The notes under the pieces are model-generated. The model made no database searches and was not told where the DNA came from. It saw nothing but the letters and a program-made list of their open reading frames with translations. 64,000 nt of DNA from Callorhinchus milii (Eukaryota), in contig NW_024704743.1 in assembly GCF_018977255.1 (NCBI RefSeq), positions 98,396,001 to 98,460,000 of the forward strand, in the 5' to 3' direction. Position numbers and translations under genes: made by a program. Shown piece after piece: positions 1 through 13,080 of the stretch; the first letter of the stretch is position 1; each line of letters begins with the position of its first letter.

Positions 1-94
1 TTATACAGAAATGGAAGGTTTGTGAGGTCTCTTTGCCTCCTGGGTCTCAATGATCAGAGCACAATGCAGTAGATTTGGGGGAGGGGGAAAGGGT

Positions 95-750
95 GCTCAT
101 TTCTTGGCTAAAATAAAAGGAAATCATCTTCTGAATGAATGGCAAGAGGACATTTCAGAGAATGGGCTCCTTGGATATGGAAAAAGCTTAATTGTTGGCT
201 GTTCAGGTTCACACGTTTCATGCCAAGTTCTACTTCGTTGCAAGCAGAAGAAAGAGTGGGAGGCTGTTAATAGAAGTGCAGGATGATTGGAAGGAGGCCA
301 ATTATCAGGATGTCCCAGAACAAACCTAATTTGTCATAAATATTAGATTGTGTCGAAATAGCTAACAATGGGAAATGAGCAGATAGAATGAAAGGAATCT
401 GGATAGATTAGCTAGTTGGACAGCTGTAATTTAATGAAGATCAATGTAGATATTCTGAATATTGAATTGGGAGAAAAAATTAAGATGTAATTTTATTGAA
501 CTTTTCCACACTCCAAAGGAGTTACGGTCTCGAGCTCCACAAGAGGAAAGTGAACAAATGTTAAAATGTTACTACAGTATTTTACTTAGAAATAGTTAAA
601 TATCTGGATTTTGTCTGGGGAGAGAGTGGAGGCAACAGTGTTGACAATTTTGAGGGAATGTGTGATGGCACTGGCGATTAGAGGCAGAATAATAGAAAGC
701 AAAAATATTTAGAAAATAAGACTAACAGTCCTAATGGTCCTTTCAGTCTT
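95..750 (+). mobile_element. Highly decayed CR1 LINE fragment (RT to 3' region)
   Basis: 'ggaatctggatagattagctagttggacagctgtaatttaatgaagatcaatgtagatattctg' resembles the CR1 RT segment DLDRL..W...W.M.FN..KC; CR1-like 3' remnant 'aatggtcctttc' near 735. No intact ORF. Confidence 0.4.
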
Positions 751-1244
751 CGTTTGGAGAACTGAATACATTGTTTTGATTTTGTAGATCTGTTATCTCA
801 GGTCCCGCTGCTGTGTTGCAATTTAACATTATAACCTTATTCAGAGATGAATTCAACCTTACTTAAATTGATACCAGCTCCACAAAATATTTATGACAAG
901 ACTTTTTATTTGTTAGCAAACACACAACATGATGCAAATTACATCATAAAAAATGTTGTATAGCTTCCATGTGATATCTGCGGGTTAGAAACAGCCTGTA
1001 ACTAAAACCTTTCCAAAAACCTTAACAAATATTTTTCATAAAGACAGTCCCGTACTGAAAGAGAGTAAAATCATATCTCTTTTAAATGAAAAGATGCATT
1101 TGTCAGCATTCAGAGCAATATTTCCCTATATTTGAAGAAATCCAGTATGTAAATACACCCACCCACCTGCCCAAAACAAACTGCTAGTTTTTTTTGAGGG
1201 GGAGGGAGAGAGAACATCACCTTGATGGCTGCAAAGCATTAAGC

Positions 1245-1495
1245 ACATAAGAAATTGTAGGCGAGAAAAAGACCAAGGTCCATCTAGTTTGCTTTCCACC
1301 TTCCTGGCTTTTGTAAATCTCCCACCTTCCTGGGGATCACATGCACATATGTCCTGAACTAACTATGTACTATAATGTTATTTCCTAAAATAAAACTATC
1401 AAATCTGTGTTTAATGGAATCAACATTTCCTGCTTTAACCGTCTCCCTAGGGAGCCTGTTCCATAGGTTTACTATTCGTTCCAGTCTTATTTTCT
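1245..1495 (-). mobile_element. CR1 LINE 3' fragment
   Basis: Starts 'cataagaaattgtaggcgagaaaaagaccaaggtccatc' (reverse CR1 tail); contains 'gggagcctgttccataggtttactattc', typical of the CR1 ORF2 end. Confidence 0.6.
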
Positions 1496-4099
1496 TAATT
1501 GTATCCACAATGAAATTATTGCAGATCTAAATTCAAAGATTCCCAAAAGGATCTCCATACATCTTTGTAAAACCCCACAAGGATGTTAATCTTAATTTTG
1601 ACTTCTGGAGTATGTTTTCAGAACTCAGCAGGCGATTGACATCCAGGTGAGGTGGATCAGATGTATAAAGATATGCTTTTGTGAATCTCACCATATAAAT
1701 TCCAATGTGCATCAATGATTCCGGTGTGGAGTTGCCTTCTACAATTTTCCCATTAATGTTGACTCATGATATTACTGAACATGAATCAAAATATTAGCAT
1801 CTTAAGCATTCCTTCATACAATTAACATAATTGCAACTATTTTTAATACATCAAAATAGGGCCTTATCACAGAATCGGTGCCTCTGGCGAGCTCCAGGAC
1901 ATTTTATATCCTCTTAGGTATTTGTTCTTTTTCATGTCTAATTTCATGTCTTGGTCTCTGTGTACTTCGTTAATTTACTTACCCTTTTGTTACTGAACAA
2001 TAGTAACAATAGTACAAAACAATAGTAAAAGCTTTGAAAGCTTTTATCCCTGATTGCTGCTTCTGCTACACCAGTAATAGGACTCCAGCTTGAAGATATT
2101 AGTACTAAGATGGTACCATTATTCAGTTCTATTATATTATAGTTCTATTAAAGATAACACAGTTTTCCTGACTAGAACCTTTATTGTGGAACACTAGTAC
2201 AGCAATTGAGGAGACAAACTTCATCTCCACGTCAATGAGGTCGAAATTGCCATATTCCTAAAATATGTTGTTCAATATTTAAGAAATTATGTTAAAACTG
2301 TTTTTCAAATATCTCCCCCAAGACTTTTGAATAATAATAATGCCTAAATCCAGCTAAATTTCTCTAGGTGTTCCCACTTATTTGCAGGAACATTGTAAAG
2401 GGTCAAAAGTAGACTTCCATGCTCATTTATGTAAATTAGCTGAAGTCTTCGTGCACAACTAGCATTGCAGACATCCAGATGGCATCCAGGAATGCACACC
2501 TCATTTGGGTTTTAAATGAACCAGCCCTACTATGAAGTGCATTATAACTCACTACAGCATTTTAAGAAATATGAATTCTATCGAGCAAACAATTGAAGCA
2601 AGGAAAACCTCTTATTAACAATTTATTTAGACTCTACTCACAATTTTCAGAAGAAATTTCTTCTATGTTAAAATTACTCCCATTTTATTTTGTCACCTGA
2701 ACATTTTTTAAAATGCAACAATGATGCATTTGCATACAACAATTGTTAAAGCCACTATAAGTTACTATCCTGGATAGATGTTTCAACAAAAACTTAGATT
2801 TGAGGTAATCCTGTTTTTTTTAAATATCATAACATCCAGTTATCCTTTACAATACTGGATGACAATACAACATGCGATTCATTTCAAACAAGCCAGAATT
2901 TACTCTTTGCAAGGCGTTTCTTCCTTATTTAACCACATGCCGATTAGAATGTCAGTTTCAGCAAGTTACATCATCAGATGGAACTAAAACAATAACTGTA
3001 AATGCCCGGAGTAACTTGAACACTGCCATAGCACTGGATCACTCGGTGATTTATTCTTCCAAACCATTTAAGGAATTAATCAGTCAAACATTTACAACAG
3101 TGGTTTCTTTCCAGCTCCAAACTATTCTGGAAAATGCTTCTCTGTAGAGAAATTCATGAAAAATATGGAAAGCTTTTCTATTTATAGCATTTCAGAGGAA
3201 ACCAATCTATTATATTTTTACTTGAGAGTCCTCAGTCATAATGCCTATTATGCATCTCTGAACATTTGAATTATGGCTTGCCGTTCATTTTCCGAGAGTT
3301 GCTGATAAATGATGGTAAGGATGAATTACACATGTGAATATGGTCATAATTGGGTTTTGGGACAGCTTCTTAGGCATTCTTCCATGTAAAATCCCAAATG
3401 TGTCTTTAATTCACTTTGTCCTGCTACAGTTTAATAAAATATATAATTGTTTGAAAAAAAAGTTGAATGCACCAGAATGCAAATATGCACAGGCATCAAT
3501 ACAGAACAAGAGAAGGGCATTAATACAGAACAATAGCTATGTGTAACAGAGTGTCTGGCCTCAGTTGCGCAAACTGTACAAACATAATCTGTACTTCTAA
3601 CGTCCGATTACATTTTGACATCCGACCTCCAGAGCACATTTCAGCATAACAGAGCTCAAATGCATTTTATTTTCTCTTGATTCCCATTTTTCTCTTTCTC
3701 ATGAATGTGCATATTTACTTTTATATATAAATATATATAATATATAAATATACACACAGAATGTATCCTTCCAAACAGGGAAGATGGCCAATTAAATGTA
3801 GAATTAATGCCAGGATTGCTTTTGGGGATCAAATCGACAGGAAGCACGCACTCTTGGAAGATTCCCCGTACAGCAGTTCTCCTGGCAAATCTTTCACTGT
3901 AAAATGGATTTCAGTCATTTCTAAAAAACAGAACTGTGAGCCCTGCAAAGAGAAACACCTTTGACTAGAAGTCCATCATACAATCTGCAGGGAATATTCT
4001 TGCAGCCTTCAAAATGAGGAGGTGGGAACTCCTAGCCTTAGGTTCTCTTTGCAGATTGCACAACACTTAATCTCCAGCTCTATCAGATGAGGACATTAG

Positions 4100-4240
4100 C
4101 ATCAGCCTGGATCTGTTAGTAACACTCTCACCTCTGAGTCAGGAGGGCTCAAGCATCACATTGAGACTGTGAACTGACATCCAAAAAAGTGCTTTGGATG
4201 CCCTGCATTGTTGCAACTGTTGAAGTGTATGTTAAATATC
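4100..4240 (+). mobile_element. Old Deu-type SINE, 5' fragment
   Basis: 'tcagcctggatctgttagtaacactctcacctctgagtcagg' matches the heads of the copies at 38338, 43408 and 57002. Confidence 0.55.
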
Positions 4241-4994
4241 TCATGGTTCTTCAGCCCATTTGATATTTATGGGTAGCCAAAATGCTACTTGCTTAGGAAT
4301 GCAATGAAAATTGCTGCCGAAAAAATATTAAAAAATGTTTGGGAAAAAAGCAGGTGATGGGACAAACAGATGGGTCTTGTAGAGACCCGAGAAGCAGGAT
4401 GAACCGAATGGCCTGCTTCTGTCCCGAACATTTTTCTGCAAGCCCCAGAAGGACAAGAGAGGAAGACAGTCTAAATAAAGCAGACATCACACAACATGAA
4501 AGGTAAATCAATAAAAACTGTGACTTCTGTTAATTATTACATTGTTGATACGTGCAGTCAACAAGACCAGTCAAAAATATGAATGGCCCCAGTCATCATT
4601 CACCTCCGACTGAGTCATAATGCTGAAGCCTGAAGGTGGTCTGTGATGGCTATTGGGCTTGACAGCCCCAATGGATCAGGCAGTTTACTGGCTTACTTAA
4701 TTTTTTTGTTGAGTTAACCCACTATTCTTCTGATCAACACTCCAGAGAGCCAGGGATCCAATCTTTGCGTACTCTGCTGCTATGCTGTCTGACAGGCTGA
4801 CGTTGGGTCCAGTCATGGTGATGGAGTTGGGGAGGTGTTTCACGGCCAGGTTTTCAACTGGCTTCATCGGTGATTGCATTCACTGACAATGTGAAAATGA
4901 TCACTGCTGACAATTAACACAGCACATATCACAATTATCACCCCAACAGTTTAGGAAAACCAAGCACTTTTTACTGGATCAATACTGTATCAGT

Positions 4995-5325
4995 CTACTT
5001 CTGTGACCTCCTGCAACCCTTCCAACCTGGCTGCTCACTGCTCAACAAACAATGTCCTGCTTTGTGTCCCCTTCCCAATCCGTTCCACTATCCGTGGACA
5101 AGCTCTCAGCCTTCTGCTACCCCCCACCCCACCCCCCACGCCTCTCTGGAACTCAGAGTCCCTCCACTTGCCCCTCCCTCCCCACTTTTAAAGCCTGCCT
5201 TGATTTACCTCTTTGACTATGCTTTCGGTCATCTCTCCCCCCACCACCCAGCTCAAATGTCCAGTCAGCTGTGTGAAGCGATTTTAAACATCCTCCTGAT
5301 GTGAATGGTGATATATAAAACTGAC
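4995..5325 (+). mobile_element. L2 LINE 3' fragment
   Basis: C-rich ORF2 end ('ctctggaactc', 'acctctttgactatgctttcggtcatc') followed by an L2 tail 'tcctgatgtgaatggtgatatataaaa'; homologous to the end of 46205-47432. Confidence 0.75.
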
Positions 5326-5998
5326 GTATTGAACTGTGTTCTACTTCATGTCAGAATGTATAAACACTATGAAACAGCCAATGCCAAGTAACAATGCCTA
5401 AGATAATGGGTCAGTGATGATTTTACCAGGGTACTTGAAGAAATAAAGATAAAATTATTGAAATATACAGCTGTACATTTCTGGGATCAAATGCTACGGC
5501 ACTGGTTTGAGAGATCCTCTGTTCATCATTTAGGAAATGCTTGCCCCCAAAACTGCAGCGTTGGCAGCACAAAGAGAAGTTCACACTGCAGCACGTCTTG
5601 TTGCAGACTAAACATTTTATCCTAATATGATTAAAAGATTTAAAATGCACAGAGCACAGAATTTGTTACATCAGCAGGAGATACAATAATTGCAAATCTG
5701 TTATGGTAAATGTTGGGACAAATCGTGGATAAATGTTGAAACTCATGGAAATCAAGAATGTTTTGGCAACCAATCAACATTTATTTGGCTATATTTTATA
5801 CTATTCTGCAATCACAAGCTACTTGGTAATTATTCTCATGTAAGAGTTGTTCTGTGCCTCTTTCACCTCATTAGCCAAGGGAACATGGAATTGGGAATTG
5901 AATAAGATCTGTGAGATAGAATAAAAATTGTTTATATATGCTGATGAATAGACTTCAATAGTTGGGTCACATTATCTGTTGAGGGCAAAATAAAATGC

Positions 5999-6038
5999 CT
6001 AGAAAACAGTAATGTAGGGCTAGAAAACAGTAATGTAG
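5999..6038. repeat. Short tandem duplication (period 21)
   Basis: ctagaaaacagtaatgtag occurs twice, separated by gg. Confidence 0.9.
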
Positions 6039-6564
6039 CTTTTGAAAGACACACAATTTACTGCTCCCAAAACATATTACACAAGGCTTCCAGCTTAACT
6101 ATGTGTGATGCTCAAGCACTGGGGCTGACAATACATCCTCAAGCTCTATATTTCAAAATTCCTGGGATCTCATTATTCTCTGACTTACTTTTTTTGATCG
6201 TCTGGAGCCCAAATAATTGTAGTGCTCAACAGTTGCACCTGCATATTAGATAGTTATGCTCCCATATTTGTTTCCTCACTGCCACTTTTTCTTTAACAAA
6301 ATGGTGATCAGGAAAAAAGTATATGTAATTGTTTCATGTATGAGCAGATCATTAAATGCTGTACGCCCCTGCACATGTACAGAGCAAAATCCACTGTTCA
6401 GCCACTAGAGCCCTGAAATTCCATTTAATTATAACCATAAAACCATTTTGTCTTCAAATTTACGATTGCAATATTGTGGGAAATTCTTAACCTCAGTCTT
6501 ACTTTGGACGATAGTTTTCTGCAAGTCTTAGAAAGAACCATTTTATGTTTGTATATTTTGAATA

Positions 6565-6657
6565 TAGTCAATTCACTTTATAGTAGATTCTGCAAAGCAC
6601 TTTGAGACTCTCAAAGATGTGATATGGCGCTATATCAAATGCAAGGACTATTATTAT
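6565..6657 (+). mobile_element. SINE 3' fragment
   Basis: 'aagcactttgagactctcaaagatgtgatatggcgctatatcaaatgcaaggactattatta' is the same tail as the full SINEs at 15494 and 16047. Confidence 0.85.
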
Positions 6658-6817
6658 AACCAGCTTCAAAATTGGAGCTGAATTGAAGAATTTTCCAAAG
6701 TTCTGCTTTATTTTAGACAGAGTGGCTTTAAAGGCTATCACTAGGTGGAATTTCGAGCCCCAGTAGGAGTGGCATGAGCCAGCAGCACTAGAGGTGTCTG
6801 AAAGAGTTCAGTGCTGA

Positions 6818-6862
6818 GCACAGTCAAAGCAGGCAACCTTTTTTGACCTGCTTTGACTGTGC
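6818..6862. repeat. Perfect 16-bp inverted repeat
   Basis: GCACAGTCAAAGCAGG (6818-6833) and CCTGCTTTGACTGTGC (6847-6862), with a 13-nt spacer. Confidence 0.95.
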
Positions 6863-7219
6863 AGGTCAACTGTAACTGAGATGTTCAGTATAAACCCATC
6901 AGTAAGCAGCCATTAGATCACAAATAGGGGGTTAACATTTCTGATTGAGCTAAATATTATTACTCAATTACCAACTAGACTGCAAACTTCCACACAAATA
7001 TTTTGATTGATTGATATATTCACCCAAGAATTTGCATCACAAACTTAGCATGTTCAACTTCCAACTACTAGCAGAGAGAAGTAAGGCATGTGGTCTTCAT
7101 GCACCCAGTAACTATCACATAGGGAATCAGACATGCCAAACCTGACCAGCTCCAACACCAACCTCCTCCCAGGGCAGTGATCTATTACAGTCTGTTCTCT
7201 CTATATATACCAATCCCAC

Positions 7220-7312
7220 TCGGGGAAGTGGGATTGATTTGGATAGCTCTTGAAAAAGAGCTGGTACAGACATGATGGACTCCTTCTGTACTGTATAATT
7301 CTATGATTCTAT
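7220..7312 (+). mobile_element. CR1 3' UTR/tail
   Basis: 'gggattgatttggatagctcttgaaaaagagctggtacagacatgatgg' ending in the 8-mer repeat (attctatg)2. Confidence 0.75.
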
Positions 7313-9214
7313 GATATATACACGCACACATCTTTCTATCGAGGCTGTGTTCTCTACCCCTATACATATTTCCAGCTTGTTGTTTTCACTTTTTCCCAGG
7401 GCAAAGTCTCCACCTGTACTGGCACATGTGTGAAGCACTTTTATTTACAGCTTAAATTCACAAATGGGCCATAGTTCAGTTGGAAAACTGTCACCTTGGG
7501 AAAGAAAACCACGTTCCCAGACCAATTTGTCGGACCTCTGTTCCACCCCCCACTGCTGCTCTGCCCTGATCTGCTACTCTATTGAGTTTATGGTACATTT
7601 GTTCTTGAACAAACGCAATCTATTGAAGCCCTTATCTTGACCATTACAAATGTGTGAGTTTTTGAGTAAAATGTATCAGTGCCTTTGAAGTCTGACAACT
7701 AAGTTACTTGCGGCTTCCATCCAACAGCAGCCAAAGTTAACTGATGAACAGAGACAGCCAAATTGTAATTTGTCACTGTCAACAGCCAATAAAACTGCTG
7801 ATTGTAATGCATTTGAGAGTAGGAATGTAGACAATCCTCTCAGTGTCATGACTTTGTCTATGTCCACTTATAATAGGAAAAATCCATTATAAGCAGACAT
7901 TGTCAGAGTCACTACACTTAGCGGTAAGAGGATTTTCCCTCCAGATGCTCCTGTTCTAGGGATATCTTCGAACAATTTAAGGTTTCTAGCAACTCCTTTT
8001 CATTTCTCTTCCTTTAATAAAGTTTAATCACAGAATCATACATGTCAACATATTTAAAATATTCAAAAAACATCCCACAGGTTTGGTTGGTGTCTCTGAG
8101 TGTAGAAGCTGTTTGCTGCTGGAACTTCCTGTCTAATATTAAATCATCAGTTTCTCCCTGAAGGGAAAGCGTAATGATGAAGGTCTGGTCAGGTTGCATG
8201 CAATTTGCTGGCATCAGCACCAGTACTCGGAGTTGGACATGCATGAATAAGTTAATACCATCCTGAAGGTTTTCTCTTTAAACCTATATTCTGGTTCTTG
8301 AAAGGAAAGGCTAATAGATATGAAATAAAGTCAAAAGAGATCAAACAAAAGGGGAATTGCATCAGAGCTACACACTTTAGCTTTTACCTTTTACCTCTTT
8401 ACAATGGCAGTCCTCGTTCATGTACGACCAAGCCTGTACATGGCTCTCTGCTGCTACGGCATATGATTTAAATCTTTAAAAATGCACCAAAAACAAAAGC
8501 ACATCAATCATTTAATGTGGATCCTTCTGCTCATCCATCATAAGCAGAATGTGGTGGACCTCAAATGCCTGTTTTCTCTGCCTTTTTAAAACCTTGTTCT
8601 TTCTTCTTTCATTCAGCTAAGTTAATGTTTTTCCATTTGTTAGGTCTCGCTCTTCCATCATATACTATTCCAATCAGAGCGTCGGGGGAAGCAAACTAAA
8701 CATTACTGCTCTTAAACCAATCTGCAGCAGGTTTTAGGAGAGCTACCTGGAATAGAGCCACATGGAATTGAGTACTCTGATATACTCTTTGATTCAAACC
8801 AAGAGCACACCTTCACTGCTACATCCAAAATGTTCAACTCCTACCACCCCTAACATACCATGTAATTCCACCAAGAGCTTGTTATCATTTCAGTTTTGCC
8901 ACTTGCAATAAAATGCGCAATCCTTTTCTGCACAGATTATGAATACGTAGTGGTCAGAAAGTGAAATCAGCAACAACCTGACAATCCCAAAGTTGTCCTT
9001 TTTTTAAGCATTCAGGAAGCCGGGGCATAAACGGGAAGTAAGCCAGTCTGCGCCTCAATGTCAACTGCAGTCCACAGGGCATCTGTGTTATAAGCAAATT
9101 GGCTACAAGAGGGTGTTTTCTACTGTAGCTAGTGCAGTAACTGTTTTTGCAGGTAAACCTAGCAGCTGAATTTCACACAGCAAAGTCCACGATCAGTGAA
9201 AGACCAGTTTATCT

Positions 9215-9425
9215 GGAGGACTGCTGGCCAAGATTGGGAGAAATTCTCTTTTTTTAAAAATATCATTATGTAAAATAAACAGGAAAGCAGGCCCCCTTCT
9301 GTTTACCATCTTGTGCTTGATCATGCAGTGCTTTTCCCAGTACTATGCCAGTGTCAACCTGGAAGTGGGACCTGATCTGTATCTTCTGAAATCCGGAGAC
9401 AAGTGTGCTACCAACTGAGCTGACA
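9215..9425 (-). mobile_element. Old Deu-type SINE fragment
   Basis: Ends 'gacaagtgtgctaccaactgagctgaca', the reverse of the tRNA-like SINE head. Confidence 0.6.
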
Positions 9426-10218
9426 ACCACAATGGAAATAATCAGGTAACGTTACCTTCATTTTTTTTAGGGTTGGTTCAAAAACTGATATTTGTGCTTT
9501 TCCCTATGTCACTCCTTCATATTTGGTGCAAACATCATCAACAGCAAAGAAGGAACTGAAGTGTAGCACATGCAGCTTATATGAAGTGAAAATTTCAGAG
9601 AGTAAATGACCTCTTGCTCGTTCTGTTTAATCAGTTTAATCAGTTTGAAGCTGGCTGAAAATCCATTAACAAGGTTAAACTGGGTTTGAAAGTCTCCTTC
9701 CACTGTCACAAATAGATGGATCATAATTGTAAACAAGACACCAAACCGACAGCTGTACGAGAAGAAAAATCATTCACAATGCAGTCATTATGATGTACAA
9801 AAGAAGCAAAGGAACAATTATGGAGACCTCATTAATGCTACTGTGCTACTGAAGGTTGCATTGTCATTAACCCTCCTGATGTGGCTAATTAATGCTGGCG
9901 TGATTAGATCAGAGAATTAGCAATTACTTCATGGACAACAGTAAGAGTAACAGAACTGGAGCATTCTATAAAAAAGGAAAAATAATGCCAAGTAGTTTCT
10001 TTTTCACAGAAAATAATTAGAACTTCAAACACCTGGCTCTTTTTATTCATCAAAGGCAAAACACGTTTATAATAACTTGTCAGCATCTTACTGGTTTTTG
10101 AAGTTATAGAACAAAGCAAATATTAACTTCCACATAGTGCCAATACATCGATCAATCACAGCTTTGTCTTAAAATACAGGCAAGGTTAATAAAATTACTT
10201 TAAAATGCAGCCCCAAAT

Positions 10219-10480
10219 AACAGCAGCAGCAATTTACATTTATATAGAGCCTTTCACGTCGGAAGACGTCTCAAAGTGATTCACATAAGTCACTGGAAAT
10301 CTGAACTGGGGAGAGGAAGTGAAAGGCCAGCAAAAGGTGTATGAATGCATAGTTGAAGAGATGTCTCTTAAGGTGAGCTTTCAAGATGGGGAGGGAACAG
10401 GCACAATGGAGGAACTCTGGGATGGCATTTCAGAGAGTGGGGGGCAGAGTGGTTGAATGCTCATCCAAAGAGGACATGAG
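10219..10480 (-). mobile_element. L2 LINE 3' fragment
   Basis: Reverse L2 tail 'caatttacatttatatagagcctttcacgtcggaagacgtctcaaag', then purine-rich reverse of the L2 ORF2 end. Confidence 0.75.
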
Positions 10481-11259
10481 GTAGGTAGGTTGTTTTTTGC
10501 TGAGTGTGGAGAGCAGTTGGGACAGTGACAGAGCCAGGTTTTGGGTCATTAGTGCTGCCACCCTCCAATTGCTCTCTGCGGTGTCTCTGTTGCCACTCTC
10601 TGTGCCACTTCTTACTTCGCATTCCGCTCTCTTCCTGTTGCCCCCTCTCCCTCGATTACATCTGCCGCTGAGCTTGGGCAGTAGGATCACAGGAGGTTGC
10701 AGAGGTAGAAAACAGAAACCTACTTTTCTTTTTGGAAAATTTTAAGATCACATCATTTTAATCTGCCATTTTGCGACAGTTTAGCCCAGAACCATCTTTC
10801 AAAGTATTTTGACAGACTCAAAGGTTTAACAAAATACTACTTGAGATTTAGCATCTGTAGCCCAGTCCTATCTTTTCGTATCGTATCGTTGGTTTCTTCA
10901 ATTCCTGATGACAGAGAGATGGGTTCCCTCTGACATTCACACAGTATATTAGTGGTTTGGGATATTCTGCTGCTATTAAACCTTACTATTGTAGCTAATT
11001 AAAATTAGCTTGATATTACTGGACCAGAACTTCTTGATGGGTGCCTTACACAGACAAAGAAACTGCACATTAAAAAAGGTTGAGAGAACAATGCCTGGTA
11101 ATCTTTATTCATGCTAACTAATCAGAACTTTGAATCATTTTATTCATGAAACACAGGACACAGCGGAAAGAAGGTCGCTACCACAATTACCTTTCTAGTA
11201 TTCTGAACTGGAATCTTTCAGCATGTATGAATTGAATCAGGTTAAACCACCATGAGGCT

Positions 11260-11306
11260 ATTAACTATAGGAATAGTAACTATAGGAATATATTAACTAT
11301 AGGAAT
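11260..11306. repeat. Short tandem triplication
   Basis: taactataggaat occurs three times. Confidence 0.85.
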
Positions 11307-11783
11307 CATAATTATGATTTTGGAAACACTTTATATTGAGCTGATTTTCGTTTTGCAGTCTACATAATCTTTATTGCTACATTTACCAGCTCAGTTTATT
11401 TTCAGGTGTGAACTTTCTGTTTGCGTGTTTCGTGTATTGGCAGGGGACAAAAACACAGCTTTATGTTGCACTGAAACTCTGATATGATCAAATCCCATTT
11501 GCCAACAAAGTCATGCTTTTGACAGATTTGATCATATCACAGCCAGACTTGAGGTGGTTCTGCTGCAGTATTTCTCACATTGAGCAAAGAACAGTCAGGC
11601 TTTTATTCTTTTGATCAATTTTGTATACAGATCTTATCAGTTAATAGGGACATTTTTTGTAAAGGACATTTTCTCAGGCACCATCAGATTCCCAACGTAA
11701 AGTATCAAAATCAATAGCGGGGAAAGAGCAGGGAAACGGGATTAGAGTAATATCTCCAGTGGGAAGAAGCTAGCATCAGCACA

Positions 11784-12184
11784 AACATAGGAACATAGGA
11801 ACATAGGAATTAGGAGCAGGAGTAGGCCATTCGACCCCTCGAGCCTGCCGTGCCATTCAATAAGATCATGGCTGTTCTTCTAAATCTAACTCCATCTGCC
11901 CGCCTTATCCCCATATCCCTTAATCCCTCTATCCTTTAGAAATCTATCAATCTCAGTCTTGAATATGTTCAAGGACTGAGCATCTACAGCCTTCCGGGGT
12001 AGAGAATTCCATAAATTCACTACTCTCTGAGTGAAGAAGTGTTTCCTCATCTCTGTTCGAAAGAGCTGACCCTTAATCTAAAGACCGTGACCTCTAGTTA
12101 TAGATTCTCCTACCAGGGGAAACAGTCTCACACTGTCTACTCTGTCAAGCCCCATAAGAATCTTATATGTTTCGATAAGATCAC
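11784..12184 (-). mobile_element. Well-preserved CR1 3' fragment
   Basis: (aacatagg)3 terminal octamer repeat, then 'ggagcaggagtaggccattcgacccctcgagcctg' and 'agagaattccataaattcactactctctgagtgaagaag', the reverse CR1 3' end. Confidence 0.9.
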
Positions 12185-12369
12185 AATGAGCTGAATGGCA
12201 TCCTAGATGGCAAACATTTAAATCAATCTGGATTCATTGTGCTCAAAAGGAAAAATAGGGTAAATGGGACAATTTTTTATTATGCTGAGGCCAATTAAGC
12301 TGAATGATATCCTTGACACAAAAAAAATCTCAGAACTGTTGATAAGTGTAGTGGTGGACACTTAGCAGA

Positions 12370-13080
12370 AGAGAGATTTAAAAATATCGACCAAAGGCAC
12401 TATCTGAGCTGTGTGATTAGCAGCTTTTTGAAAGCAGTGAGAGAGGTACCAAGGCAATGCAAGGGAGTTTCAGAAGGGAATTCCAGAAAACAGAGGCACC
12501 AATGATGAACGCTTAGTCACTGATGTTGCAAGCTTAGGGAGTGAGGAGCATGCAGTAAATCTGTTGGAATAGCAAAGGGTTCAAGCTAGAATGCAGGAGT
12601 ACAGAAGATTGAATAGTTAGGATGGGGTAAACCATGGATGGATTTGAAGACTATGGCAAAAATTTTAAAATCAATTGAGGTATTGGGAATCAGTGGAGTT
12701 TGGCGAGAATGGAGGTAACAGCATGTGCAATTTTGTGCAGGAGAGAGTTCCAGAGATGTGTATCAACTGATGTTTCTGAAGAGTAGAACTAGACAGGATC
12801 GTGAGGAAAGCATTGGAAAAATCTTTCCTAGAGGTGACTGACAATTGGTTTTAGCAGCTGGATGTGCTACTGGGTGGGTAGGGGCAAGGGCTGTGGAGTG
12901 TGAGAAATCATAAGTGGACAATGTTCCAGAGGTGGAGAATGTAGAGAATATGTGAGATGCGAAAGTCAGGTCAGGATCAAGTAGAATACCAAGGTTGTTC
13001 ACCATCAGATTTAGTCTGAGTGAGCAGCCAGGGAAGATGATAGAATCAGTACCAGAGACACATAGGTGCTGACAAGAGCC
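12370..13080 (-). mobile_element. Decayed L2 LINE ORF2 3' fragment
   Basis: ORF 12763-13005(-) begins VNNLGILLDPDLTFASHI, the L2 post-RT motif (VRNLGV.FD..L.F..HI). Confidence 0.75.

Noticed and set aside
4697..4879. 60-aa ORF ending next to a GTAAG donor on the minus strand
   Set aside because: All three frames from the nearest acceptor contain stops, and I recognise no homology.
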